DNA from: Terriglobia bacterium
GTDB lineage: Bacteria > Acidobacteriota > UBA6911
Assembly: GCA_963824985.1 (NCBI GenBank)
Contig: CAWGRQ010000024.1
Coordinates: 264,822 to 328,821, forward strand
Direction of reading: 5' to 3'
DNA: 64,000 nt
A program made the position numbers and the translations under genes. Below the pieces are notes generated by a model. It searched no databases and had not been told where the DNA came from. It saw nothing but the letters and a program-made list of their open reading frames with translations. Shown here one piece after another: positions 9,456 to 18,801 of the stretch. Within the stretch, counting starts at the first letter, position 1; each line of letters begins with the position of its first letter.

Positions 9456-10697
9456 ATGACATCAAAGACGGTCGTAGTCCTTGGCGGTGGCGTCGGAGGG
9501 ATGATCGCCGCCAATCGGTTGAGGGAGCGCCTGACTGCGGATCACCGCGTGGTGCTCGTGGAACGCGACGTCGATCACGCGTTCGCGCCTTCGTTTCTCT
9601 GGTTGATGACCGGCGACCGAAAACCCCATCAGGTGCGGCGCCCCGTGGCAGATCTGCTGCGTCGAGGGGTTGAATGCATTCATGGCAACGTGGAAGCGCT
9701 CGACCTGACCAAGAGGAAAGTGTTCACGAGTGCCTGCGAAATCCCTTTCGACTACCTCATCGTGGCCGTAGGCGCGGACCTGGCGCCGGATGCCGTTCCA
9801 GGTTTGGCGGAGGCTTCAGAAACATTCTACACGTTTGAGGGTGCCTCGCGACTCCACAATGCCTTGGCGGGCTTCGCCGGCGGCAGCATCGCGGTCGTGG
9901 TAGCTGCAATGCCATACAAGTGCCCCGGCGCGCCGCACGAAGGGGCTATGCTGATCGCCGATTATTTCCGCCGAAATCAGCGCCGGACGGGCATTGACAT
10001 TCACCTCTACACCCCCGAACCGCAGCCGATGCCCGTGGCCGGGCCGCAACTGGGCGCGGCGGTTGTAGAGATGCTCGAAAGCAAGCAGGTCCGCTTCCGG
10101 CCTCTCCACACCCTGGCAGCCGTCGACCCGGCGGAGCGGGTCATGCGATTCCAACAAGGTAACACCGAGAGATACGACCTGCTCGTAGCCATTCCACCGC
10201 ATCGTGCGCCGCGCCTGGTGCGGGAGGCGGGTTTAACCAATGCCGCGGGTTGGGTGCCGGTGAATCCCCAGACGCTCGCAACGGAACATGTCGGCGTGTT
10301 TGCGCTTGGAGATGTAACCGCAATTCCTATCCCGGGGCGCTGGAAGCCGGATGTCCCCCTGATGCTGCCGAAAGCCGGCGTTTTCGCTCACGTGCAGGCT
10401 GAGGTAGTGGTGGCTCGGATTTCCGCTGAAATCGAAGGCCGGAAGCCCGATGCGACTTTCTGCGGCGACGGGTACTGCATGCTGGAAACGGGTGAGGACC
10501 TGGCAGGATTTGCCTTCGGGAACTTCTTTGCCGAGCCATCGCCTCAGGTTAAGCTGCGGCAAATCGGCAAGGCCTGGCATATCGGGAAAGTGTTGTTCGA
10601 GCGCTATTGGCTCTCGCCGCCGGGCTGGAGGCGGGCGACATACGGAGCCATGTTGAAGATGGGCGGCAGGCTATACGGCATTCCCATCGCTGTCTGA
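9456..10697 (+). CDS. sqr: Sulfide:quinone oxidoreductase (FAD-dependent, SQR family)
   Basis: N-terminal FAD fold VVVLGGGVGGMIAA. Conserved SQR cysteine motif PYKCPGAPHEGA. 413 aa. Immediately follows the desulfurase. Confidence 0.75.
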   Translation: MTSKTVVVLGGGVGGMIAANRLRERLTADHRVVLVERDVDHAFAPSFLWLMTGDRKPHQVRRPVADLLRRGVECIHGNVEALDLTKRKVFTSACEIPFDYLIVAVGADLAPDAVPGLAEASETFYTFEGASRLHNALAGFAGGSIAVVVAAMPYKCPGAPHEGAMLIADYFRRNQRRTGIDIHLYTPEPQPMPVAGPQLGAAVVEMLESKQVRFRPLHTLAAVDPAERVMRFQQGNTERYDLLVAIPPHRAPRLVREAGLTNAAGWVPVNPQTLATEHVGVFALGDVTAIPIPGRWKPDVPLMLPKAGVFAHVQAEVVVARISAEIEGRKPDATFCGDGYCMLETGEDLAGFAFGNFFAEPSPQVKLRQIGKAWHIGKVLFERYWLSPPGWRRATYGAMLKMGGRLYGIPIAV

Positions 10698-10724
10698 ATA
10701 AGCGGAGTTTCAAAGGAAACACCC

Positions 10725-11075
10725 ATGCAATATTTGATGATTTTGAACGACGCACCATACGGCTCGGAACGCAGCTACAACGGTCTCCGGTTAGCGACCT
10801 CCCTTGCCAAATCGGAGGGAACCGGCGTTTCGGTTTTCTTGATCGGAGACGCTGCCTCCTGCGCAGTCACCGGGCAGACGACTCCCAACGGCTACTACAA
10901 CATCGAACGAATGCTGAAGCTTCTGGCGGCCAAGGGAGCACAGGTTGGGGTATGCGGCTCCTGCATGGATGCTCGTGGCATCAAACCGGAGATGCTGGCC
11001 GAGGGAGCGCATCGCGGCTCGATGGACGAACTTACCGGCTGGACCGTGGCAGCCGACAAGGTCCTCGTGTTCTGA
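10725..11075 (+). CDS. DsrE/DsrF-like sulfur-relay family protein
   Basis: 116 aa. MQYLMILNDAPYGSERSYNGLRLA...VFLIGDAASCAVTGQ...VCGSCMDARGI is characteristic of DsrE-family proteins. Confidence 0.7.
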   Translation: MQYLMILNDAPYGSERSYNGLRLATSLAKSEGTGVSVFLIGDAASCAVTGQTTPNGYYNIERMLKLLAAKGAQVGVCGSCMDARGIKPEMLAEGAHRGSMDELTGWTVAADKVLVF

Positions 11076-11106
11076 CGCCGATCCCGGCTGAGTCGCCCGG
11101 AGCGCT

Positions 11107-11787
11107 ATGAACATCACCCCGCAGACCTACGCCCGATGGAGAGAAACTGCCCTCGGCACTCTCACCGAGCAACTGGAACAGAGAGCCATCTTTTCACTCG
11201 TCGGTGATCCCAGCGGATTGACAGTCCTGGACGTCGGATGCGGTGACGGAGTCTATGCCGTCGCGGTATCGCAAAGAGGCGGCAAGGTCTTTGGCCTGGA
11301 TCGGTCGTTGCCCATGTTGGAGGCAGCGCGGACGAGGACAATCTCATCGGGCGCTTGCGTCAGGTGGTGCCAGGGTGCGGCCCAATCCTTGCCCTTTCTC
11401 GACGCCTCGTTTGACCTGGTCCTCGCGGTCACGGCGCTGTGCTGGATTCCAGAACCGGTCGTGGCTCTCAAGGAGATGAACCGGGTACTTCGCCCGGGCG
11501 GAGCTGTAATCGTTGGAGAACTTGGGCGCTGGAGTCTCTGGGCCCTTGCGAGAAGATTCCGGGGCTGGCTGGGCGCCGGCACCTGGAAGAGAGCTCATTT
11601 TTGGACCGCCAGGGAACTCCGTGAGATCCTCGCAAATGCCGGACTACGAGTGAGCGACATTCGCAGCGCGGTGTATTATCCACCGTCCGAGATTCTAGCC
11701 AGGCTGATGGGTTACATCGAGAGAGCCTCTGCCCGCTTTGGTCAATACGGAGCGGCGTTCATTTCCGTGAGGGCCACAAAGAAATAG
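11107..11787 (+). CDS. Class I SAM-dependent methyltransferase
   Basis: Motif I VLDVGCGDGVYAV. Post-I and motif II LRPGGAVIVGE. 226 aa. Confidence 0.7.
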   Translation: MNITPQTYARWRETALGTLTEQLEQRAIFSLVGDPSGLTVLDVGCGDGVYAVAVSQRGGKVFGLDRSLPMLEAARTRTISSGACVRWCQGAAQSLPFLDASFDLVLAVTALCWIPEPVVALKEMNRVLRPGGAVIVGELGRWSLWALARRFRGWLGAGTWKRAHFWTARELREILANAGLRVSDIRSAVYYPPSEILARLMGYIERASARFGQYGAAFISVRATKK

Positions 11788-11858
11788 CCGCCCGCGAGGA
11801 GGCGAATTACTCTACCAATTTCCATCGCAGAATCGGCAAGAATTTCGTAGAGGGCACA

Positions 11859-12566
11859 TCAGCCCGCGCGGCCCGCGTTGCGCAATACGTCGGACATTTT
11901 CGTGGCGACGTCCTCGGAAAGGCCGCTCATGCGGAGCCGCCCGGCAGCGCGCTCGACGTCATAACGTACGCGTTTCAGCTGCACGTCACCATCCTGCCAG
12001 ACTGCATAGCACCCCCGCGGGTCACCGTCCACGGGCATGCCCAGGCTCCCCGGATTGACGATCGTGAGGCGGCCCACGCGGCGCCGGAACGGCTTGTGCG
12101 TATGCCCGAGGAAGAGCCACTCCTCTTTGTCCGCCAGGTCCCCCACCGCCGCACGCCACTCTGATTCGGCGGCTTCGCCGCTGAGGTATTCATAGAGGGG
12201 ATCGCGCGGCGTGGCGTGTACCAGGTGAAAACAGTCGCTTTCTGCCTCGAGCGTGAGATTCATCGCCAGATTGCGCAGGTAACTCACGGAATCCCGGCTG
12301 AGCATGGGGCGGAAATGAGCGCGGGTGGCGACGGAGAGTGCATAGGAAACCGGGGAACTTCGGCAATCCGCGCCAGTCGCCATCGCGAAGTCATGATTGC
12401 CGCTGACAGCGCCGGGATTGCGATCGCGCACCCAGCGAACCACCTCTTCAGGGGCGGCGCCGTAATCGACGAGATCCCCAAGCACGAGCAAGCGATCGTA
12501 GGATTCGTCCACCGCTTCGAGGGCGTCGATATTGGCATGAATATCGGTGAGGATCAGCCAGCGCAT
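11859..12566 (-). CDS. Calcineurin-like metallophosphoesterase (YfcE-like)
   Basis: MRWLILTDIHAN...LVLGDLVDYG...SGNHD...GHTHKP are the metallophosphatase motifs. Confidence 0.7.
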   Translation of the reverse strand: MRWLILTDIHANIDALEAVDESYDRLLVLGDLVDYGAAPEEVVRWVRDRNPGAVSGNHDFAMATGADCRSSPVSYALSVATRAHFRPMLSRDSVSYLRNLAMNLTLEAESDCFHLVHATPRDPLYEYLSGEAAESEWRAAVGDLADKEEWLFLGHTHKPFRRRVGRLTIVNPGSLGMPVDGDPRGCYAVWQDGDVQLKRVRYDVERAAGRLRMSGLSEDVATKMSDVLRNAGRAG

Positions 12567-12654
12567 CGGAGGCTCACCTCCTGAACGCAGAGAGCGGATG
12601 GTTGAAAGCGGCTGACGGCCGGCAAGCCATTCCTTTCTTCATGAACAAATCAGG

Positions 12655-14349
12655 CTAGCGGATCTGCTGCACCGTTACCTGCCCGCTTCCCGGGTCGCCG
12701 CGAACCCGGAAAAGATGATCCGCTTCAACCGAAAAGGCGGAGGATACTTCCTTGCCTGCATATGGGCCCGAAACCCAGCGGAAGACCACCTGGTGCTCGC
12801 CGGCGGCGATTTTCGGAATCTGCGCGGGATAAGGAGTCGGCAACTTCCTTCCGTCCAACTCGATTTCACACCCCTCGTAAGCATTGTTGGGCACTTCGAT
12901 GTAGGCGCCGCCCAGGCCTGGAATGGGAATGGAAACCGTCTCATCGGGCTTCAAACGGACGGCAGCCGGCTTCTGATCGAGATACATTTCCTCGCTGACC
13001 AGGCGGAAGCGGTGCTGACCGGCGGAAACCGGCAATGATTGCGTGGAAGTCAGATCCCGCAGCTTGCGCGTGCCGTCGTAAACCGTCACCGGATAAACAA
13101 TGCCGGAGAACTCGAAGCTCACTTCCGCCCGGGCCGGCTTCTCGATCACGGGAGCCTCTTTCACCGGAGCCTGCGCCGGTTCGGTCACGGCAGCGGCTGC
13201 TTTGGCCGGCGGCTGAGCCTGCGTCGATTCGGGGACCGGCGAGACCTGCCCCGCTTTCCGCTCCGGGGTTGAGGCGCCCGGTTGCGTGGCTGCGGGCGGT
13301 GGCCCTCCGGCAGCTGGTCTGGAAGCCGATGCCGGATCGACGGCACCCGGCTCACCCGCCACGGGGATCGGGGGTACCGGAGTCAAGTAGTGCCGATAGA
13401 CATAGTAGCCGCCGATCCCGACGGCGATCACGAGAAAGGCGGCAAGCGTCGCCAGCGCGAATCGGCGTCCGCTGCGGGGCTTTTCCGGAGCCGCTACGGG
13501 AATCGCCCGGGTCCCGGCCGCATTGGCGGGCAGCGACGTATAGTTTTTCAAATCCTCAATCAGCTCGGCACAACTCTGATACCGCTGGGCGGGATCCTTC
13601 GCCAGCATGCGGCTGACGATCTGGTCGAATGAAGGGTGAAGGGTCACATTCAGCTGCCGGGGCGGAACCGGATCTTCGTGCAGGATCTTGTACAGGATCG
13701 TCGTCGGGTTCGCCCCCGCAAACGGTTTTTCTCCGGTGAGCATTTCGTAGAAAATGACCCCCAGAGAAAAAATGTCCGACCGGCCGTCCAGGGTCTGGCC
13801 CATGGCCTGTTCCGGCGACATATATGCGGGCGTGCCCATGATGGCGCCCGTCTGGGTGAGGTTGGCCGTGGAAATCTTTGCGATGCCGAAGTCGGCGATC
13901 TTCGCCTTCATATCCGAGGTCAGGAGAATGTTCCCCGGCTTGATATCCCTGTGGATAATGCCGCGCGCGGTCGCGTATTCGAGCCCGGCGGCAATCTGCT
14001 CGATAATGGATACCGTTTCCGGCACCGGAGGCACGGGATTCCTCGCCATCCATTCCTGCAGGGTTTCGCCTTCCACAAACTCCATTGCAATATACGCGAC
14101 GTTGTCTTCCTCGCCGATATCGTAAATGGTGACGATGTTCGTGTGACTGAGGTTCCCCGCGGACTGGGCCTCCCGATACAGCCGCTGCCGGAGTTCCGTC
14201 TGCTCCAGGCCGATGCCCGAATCGAACCGAATAGTCTTGATGGCAACTACCCGCCCGATCAGAGGATCGACGGCTTTGTACACGACCGCCATCGCCCCAG
14301 CCCCAAGCTCATGTTCGACTTCATACCTGCCGATACGCTTTTTGGTCAT
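12655..14349 (-). CDS. Hanks-type Ser/Thr protein kinase with one TM helix and a periplasmic C-terminal domain
   Basis: Kinase motifs GAGAMAVVYKA, VAIK, HRDIKPGNILL, DFGIAK, GTPAYMSPEQ. TM FALATLAAFLVIAVGIGGYYVY. Pro/Ala-rich linker, then a roughly 200-aa C-terminal beta-rich (PEGA-like) domain. SD gagagg upstream of the ATG at 14349. Confidence 0.8.
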   Translation of the reverse strand: MTKKRIGRYEVEHELGAGAMAVVYKAVDPLIGRVVAIKTIRFDSGIGLEQTELRQRLYREAQSAGNLSHTNIVTIYDIGEEDNVAYIAMEFVEGETLQEWMARNPVPPVPETVSIIEQIAAGLEYATARGIIHRDIKPGNILLTSDMKAKIADFGIAKISTANLTQTGAIMGTPAYMSPEQAMGQTLDGRSDIFSLGVIFYEMLTGEKPFAGANPTTILYKILHEDPVPPRQLNVTLHPSFDQIVSRMLAKDPAQRYQSCAELIEDLKNYTSLPANAAGTRAIPVAAPEKPRSGRRFALATLAAFLVIAVGIGGYYVYRHYLTPVPPIPVAGEPGAVDPASASRPAAGGPPPAATQPGASTPERKAGQVSPVPESTQAQPPAKAAAAVTEPAQAPVKEAPVIEKPARAEVSFEFSGIVYPVTVYDGTRKLRDLTSTQSLPVSAGQHRFRLVSEEMYLDQKPAAVRLKPDETVSIPIPGLGGAYIEVPNNAYEGCEIELDGRKLPTPYPAQIPKIAAGEHQVVFRWVSGPYAGKEVSSAFSVEADHLFRVRGDPGSGQVTVQQIR

Positions 14350-14558
14350 GGGACCGGAATCCTCTCTTGATCTTCGTATGCCGCCGGGAAGGCGCCCCAT
14401 ACCCAGAAGTGCATTCTAATTCAGGAAGATGGCGTTCCACAAGCATCCGGAATTGAAATTCCACCATGAGAGCCCTAAACTTACGATATACTTTTTTCGG
14501 GTGCCATGATTGACAATCGGGTTAAACACTCTGACGCCAAAATGAATTGGAGGAAAGC

Positions 14559-15524
14559 ATGAAACTGCATCGCCTGGCGGGGTTGTTCCTTTTGCTTGTT
14601 CTCACCGGTTTCGTTTCCTCCCCGGAAGCCCAGCAAAAGAAAAGGGTAGCGCTCATGGATTTCGATTTTGGAACCGTGCAGCACTGGTGGTCCGGCAACT
14701 GGGATATCGGCAAAGGGATCGCGGACATCATCGTGACCGACCTGGTGAAAGACGGCACCTTTTCGGTGGTCGAGCGCAAGAAACTGGACGCCATTCTGCA
14801 AGAGCAGAATTTCTCAAACTCGGACCGGGCCAATCCGACCAGCGCCGCCAAGATCGGCAAGGTGCTCGGTGTGAACGCGATCATCGTCGGATCGATCACA
14901 CAGTTCGGTCTGGAGGACAAATCGCTGAATGTCGGCGGCATGCTCGGCACCCTGGGCGGATTCGGGGGCGGCAAGATCGGGACCAAGCAGGGGAAGGCCA
15001 ACGTCGTTATTGACGCTCGCCTCGTGGACGTCAACACGGGCGAAATTCTGGCCGTGGCTTCCGGCAAGGGAACATCCAAGAGATCCGGCCTCCTGTTGGG
15101 TGGGGGCGGGGGTGGCGGCGGCGGATACGGCGGCGGCGGCATTGACATGGGGAGCAGCAACTTCCAGGACACCATCCTCGGTGAAGCTACGAGAGAGGCG
15201 GTTCAGTCTCTGACGACGCAACTGATCGGGCAGGCTGGGAAAGTCGAAGCGACGACCATTTCCATCGAAGGATTGGTCGCGGACGCCACGGGTGATACCG
15301 TCATCATCAATGTCGGCAAGAGCTCCGGTGTCAGCGTGGGCATGAAGCTGTCCGTCGAGCGGGTTTCGCGCGAGGTGAAGGATCCCGCCAGCGGAAAGGT
15401 ATTGCGAAAAATAACGAGCCCGGTCGGGGAAATCCAGATTACAGAAGTCGACGAGGGTTCGGCGGTGGCCAAAGTTCTCTCCGGCCAGGGCTTCAAGGTT
15501 GGAGACATGGTCAAGAACAAGTAG
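14559..15524 (+). CDS. CsgG-family (curli secretion channel-like, COG1462) periplasmic protein with Gly-rich linker and extra C-terminal beta domain
   Basis: CsgG-like blocks RVALMDFDF, IADIIVTDLVKDGTFSVVERKKLDAILQEQ, AKIGKVLGVNAIIVGSITQFG, VVIDARLVDVNTGEILAV. Signal peptide without a lipobox Cys. Poly-Gly GGGGGGGGGYGGGG. GGAGG SD 5 nt before the ATG at 14559. Confidence 0.65.
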   Translation: MKLHRLAGLFLLLVLTGFVSSPEAQQKKRVALMDFDFGTVQHWWSGNWDIGKGIADIIVTDLVKDGTFSVVERKKLDAILQEQNFSNSDRANPTSAAKIGKVLGVNAIIVGSITQFGLEDKSLNVGGMLGTLGGFGGGKIGTKQGKANVVIDARLVDVNTGEILAVASGKGTSKRSGLLLGGGGGGGGGYGGGGIDMGSSNFQDTILGEATREAVQSLTTQLIGQAGKVEATTISIEGLVADATGDTVIINVGKSSGVSVGMKLSVERVSREVKDPASGKVLRKITSPVGEIQITEVDEGSAVAKVLSGQGFKVGDMVKNK

Positions 15525-15559
15525 GCAGCGACCTCGCTCACAACCGGAAGGGGGCACCC

Positions 15560-17482
15560 ATGATCGGCGAGCTGATCGGACACCACCGCATTCTGGCTCA
15601 AATCGGACAGGGGGGGATGGGCACCGTCTATCAGGCCGAGGACACCCGGCTGGGACGCAAGGTTGCGATCAAGATCCTGAATCCGTCCCTGCTCGTCCAG
15701 GGGGGCATTGAACTGGAGCGGTTCCAATCCGAGGCAAAGGTTCAGGCCAGCCTGAATCACGCCAACGTCGTCACTCTCTTTGCGTTCGAACCTTACCAGG
15801 ACTCCTATTGCATGATCATGGAGTACGTGGAGGGGAGGACGCTGGCGGATCTGATCCGCTCCACCGGCCCCCTTCCCTCTCATGTCGTTGTCATGATCGC
15901 CAAACAGGTGTTGGACGGGCTCGCCGCGGCACACCGGCAGGGGGTGGTTCACCGCGATCTGAAGCCCTCCAACATCATGCTGACCGCCCAAGGCACGGCG
16001 AAGGTGATGGATTTCGGCATCGCCAAGGTGGATGGCGGGAAAAGCCTGACCGCGACCGGCGCTCTGGTCGGCACCGTATCCTATATGTCACCCGAGCAGG
16101 TGCGCGGGGAGCCGCTGGACGCACGCTCGGACCTGTATTCCTTCGGGATCATTCTCTTCGAACTCCTGACCGGTCGCGTCCCCTTTAAGGAGGAGAGTGA
16201 TTTTTCCGTCATGATCCACCACGTCCAGACGCCGCCGCCGCCGCTGACGCAGCTGCTTCCGGACATCCCCTCGGAGCTGGAGGATCTGGTGCTTCGTTGC
16301 CTGCACAAACAGCCGGCGGAGCGTTTTCAGAGCGCGGCTGAGATTCGTGCGGTTCTGGAAAGTTACGAGGAGCGGGAGCGCGCCTTGGGCCGCGCCGAAC
16401 TTTACACTCGCGGTGTCCTGGCGCAATGGCTGGCCGCCCCCGCCCGGGCGCCATCGGCCGCCACGGCCTCCGCGATCCTCCCGGCACCCTCCATCGGGGC
16501 ACAGGGCGGGCCACCCCAACAGGCGGCGGCGCTGTTCGGCCCGGATCCGTCGGGGGCACGTTCGATTCCGTCCGGTCCGGCGCCCGCCACGCCGACGCCC
16601 ACCCGCGGCAAAGGGGTTCTGATAGCAGCAGTCGCCGTCATGATCCTGGCGGCAGGAACCGCGTTAACCTATTTCGTGATGAACCGGCCCGCCGCCTTTC
16701 AGTTTGCCGTGAAGTCGGGCGAACCGGCCGCGCCGCAGGCTCAGGCCTCGGCGGCGTTAACGGTTCCGGAAACGGCACCGGCGGCGACGGGGCAGCCCCC
16801 TGCGCAGTCCACCCCACAGGTGTCCGCGAACGCAATGGCCCAGGCTCCCGCCTCTCCGCCAGTCGCCGGAACCGCCAGCGCATTAACGGTGCCTGCGGTC
16901 GAAAAATATGCTGCCCCTGCTCGTAAGGTGCCGGCCCGGCCGGTGCGCGCTGATCCTCCGGCTGCCGGCGCGGCTGCTCCCAAATCAACGACCGCCGCCG
17001 GGCAGACTGCGGCCCAGGTGGATCCCGTACAGACTCAATCCGCAGGCGGTTTCCTGATTTTCGTAGATCTGGACCCTTCCAGTGAAAGACTGCCCCTGGC
17101 TGCGGCTCAATCCCGGGTAGCAGAAATCCTACGCGAGGCCGGCTGCCAGGTTGTGTCCTCCGGAATCGTGAGCACCAACGTAAGGGCGGCTCTGGATCGC
17201 AATGATCTCGCGGCAGTGCGCAGCCAGGGAGTCGGGTATGTGGTCCTGGGGACGGCGCACGCTTCCCTGGAGCCGCAGACGGCTTACGGCAGCACCTATT
17301 ATGTCGGTCAGGCCACCATGGCATTCGAACTGGTGCGCATGTCGGATGGAAAGATCGCCGCCACCGGAAGCAGCGATGCCAGGAGCAAGGGCTCGGCGAA
17401 TGCGCAGGCTTCTCTGAATAACGCCCTTATGACCGCAACCTCCGACGCCGCCCGCGAATTAATGCGCAACTTCAAGCAATAA
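15560..17482 (+). CDS. Hanks-type Ser/Thr protein kinase with TM helix and C-terminal periplasmic alpha/beta domain
   Basis: GQGGMGTVYQA, VAIK, HRDLKPSNIML, DFGIAK, TVSYMSPEQ. TM VLIAAVAVMILAAGTALTYFV. C-terminal roughly 150 aa (FLIFVDLD...GYVVLGTAHASLEPQTAYGSTYYVGQATMAFELVRMSDGKIAATG) resembles the CsgG/LpoB-type fold of the adjacent gene (weak, by eye). Confidence 0.8.
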   Translation: MIGELIGHHRILAQIGQGGMGTVYQAEDTRLGRKVAIKILNPSLLVQGGIELERFQSEAKVQASLNHANVVTLFAFEPYQDSYCMIMEYVEGRTLADLIRSTGPLPSHVVVMIAKQVLDGLAAAHRQGVVHRDLKPSNIMLTAQGTAKVMDFGIAKVDGGKSLTATGALVGTVSYMSPEQVRGEPLDARSDLYSFGIILFELLTGRVPFKEESDFSVMIHHVQTPPPPLTQLLPDIPSELEDLVLRCLHKQPAERFQSAAEIRAVLESYEERERALGRAELYTRGVLAQWLAAPARAPSAATASAILPAPSIGAQGGPPQQAAALFGPDPSGARSIPSGPAPATPTPTRGKGVLIAAVAVMILAAGTALTYFVMNRPAAFQFAVKSGEPAAPQAQASAALTVPETAPAATGQPPAQSTPQVSANAMAQAPASPPVAGTASALTVPAVEKYAAPARKVPARPVRADPPAAGAAAPKSTTAAGQTAAQVDPVQTQSAGGFLIFVDLDPSSERLPLAAAQSRVAEILREAGCQVVSSGIVSTNVRAALDRNDLAAVRSQGVGYVVLGTAHASLEPQTAYGSTYYVGQATMAFELVRMSDGKIAATGSSDARSKGSANAQASLNNALMTATSDAARELMRNFKQ

Positions 17483-17711
17483 TCCACGGGCCTTTGGCGC
17501 ACCCGCGTGCATGAAAAGGTTACGCCTCTCTGGTTGGCAATTGTCGGGATCGGAATTGCAATCGCTATCGGCTTTTTCGAACTGCGAAGGCCGATTGGGA
17601 CCGCAATTGCGATTCCGACCCCGAAGGTTGTCGCCTTTTCCGCTATTTTCGGAGCAGCTCCTCATGCGCCATGGCGCACCCTGTGACGCATGAAAATATT
17701 AAGCTCCCATC

Positions 17712-17910
17712 GCCCTTTCACTGTGCCGCCCTTTCAGGGCTCTGGCCAGGTTGATCCCCTGTCCCCAGGGCTCACGCCCTGGGCTTTGCTGCACCACCCC
17801 TTCGGGGTTTTCCCATGGGCGAGATGCTCAGCCCTGAAGGGCGTAATAGCACAGCCCAGGGCGTAAGCCCTGGGCTGAGGTGCCAAGATCTCCAGCCCTG
17901 AAGGGCGGCA
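17712..17910. repeat. Cluster of six GC-rich hairpins with UUCG/GNRA/GAA loops (REP/BIME-like or structured ncRNA)
   Basis: Hairpins: gccctttcagggc (17727-39); cccagggc-tcac-gccctggg (17763-82); cccc-ttcg-gggg (17806-16); cagccctgaagggcg (17828-42 and 17892-17907); gcccagggc-gtaa-gccctgggc (17853-74). The cluster is flanked by 13-bp direct repeats attttcggagcag (17645-57 and 17949-61). Confidence 0.45.
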
Positions 17911-17982
17911 CAGAAACAGATCGGTTGATCGGCACCGGAATTGGCTCCATTTTCGGAGCAGAGTCCGGCGGCCGGACTCGCG

Positions 17983-18801
17983 TCATTCGGATAGGAATTG
18001 GATCAGGACAGCCGTGATATTGTCCGGGCCTCCGCGATCGTTGGCGAGATCGATCAGAGACTGGCAGGCATCGCCCGGCCCCGAGGACTCGGCCGCCACG
18101 GCGAAGATCTCCTGAGTCGACATCTGCGAGTGCAGGCCATCCGAACAGAGGAGCACGACATCGCCGGCCTGCACGGTGATGCTCTTGAGAGCAAGCTCAA
18201 CGGTCGGACGCACGCCCATCGCCTGGAGAAGGATATTGCGCCCGGGATGCCTCCGGCCTTCCTCTTCCGTAAGTTCGCCGTCGCCCACTTTCTGCCCGAT
18301 CAGCGATTGATCACGAGTTAACTGGCGAATCTGCCCCTGACGCAGGAGATAAGCCCGGCTATCCCCCACCTGGCCGATCAGGAGGCGGCCGTGGAGTTCG
18401 AGCACGGTTGTCAGGGTCGTGCCCATCCCGGCAAATTCATGGTTGCGGGCCGCAAGCTCATAGATGCGGCTGTTTGCGCTTCCAACGGCCTCGATCAGGA
18501 TCTCTTCCAGCAGGCTTTCATCCGGCTGTCCGGTCTCACGGATCAACTCCTGGACCTCGCGGTACAAGGTCCGGACGCAGAGCTTGCTCGCCATCTCTCC
18601 GGCAGCCGCCCCCCCCATCCCATCGGCCACTGCAAACAGGGCGCCGAAGTGGGCGGTCCGGAAGCGAAGCACCCCATTCGCCTCGATCCGGACTCCCTCA
18701 CTGAGATTGGCAACGACAAAGGAATCTTCGTTGTCCACACGCACACGACCGGTGTGCGTGCCGGCAAAAGCCTCGATGTGGGTCGGCGTGGCGGCGAACA
18801 T
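17983..18801 (-). CDS. PP2C-family (PPM) Ser/Thr protein phosphatase
   Basis: GRVRVDNEDSF...FAVADGMGG...DGLHS...DNITAVL. 272 aa. Divergent from the large kinase gene. Confidence 0.8.
   Translation of the reverse strand: MFAATPTHIEAFAGTHTGRVRVDNEDSFVVANLSEGVRIEANGVLRFRTAHFGALFAVADGMGGAAAGEMASKLCVRTLYREVQELIRETGQPDESLLEEILIEAVGSANSRIYELAARNHEFAGMGTTLTTVLELHGRLLIGQVGDSRAYLLRQGQIRQLTRDQSLIGQKVGDGELTEEEGRRHPGRNILLQAMGVRPTVELALKSITVQAGDVVLLCSDGLHSQMSTQEIFAVAAESSGPGDACQSLIDLANDRGGPDNITAVLIQFLSE

Noticed and set aside
14522-15175. 217-aa minus-strand ORF with poly-Pro
   Set aside because: Antisense to the CsgG-like gene. The poly-P mirrors the poly-Gly linker on the sense strand.
17645-17961. 13-bp direct repeats as proof of an insertion
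   Set aside because: A 13-mer recurring within 300 bp is only marginally significant at this window size. Kept as a note, not a call.
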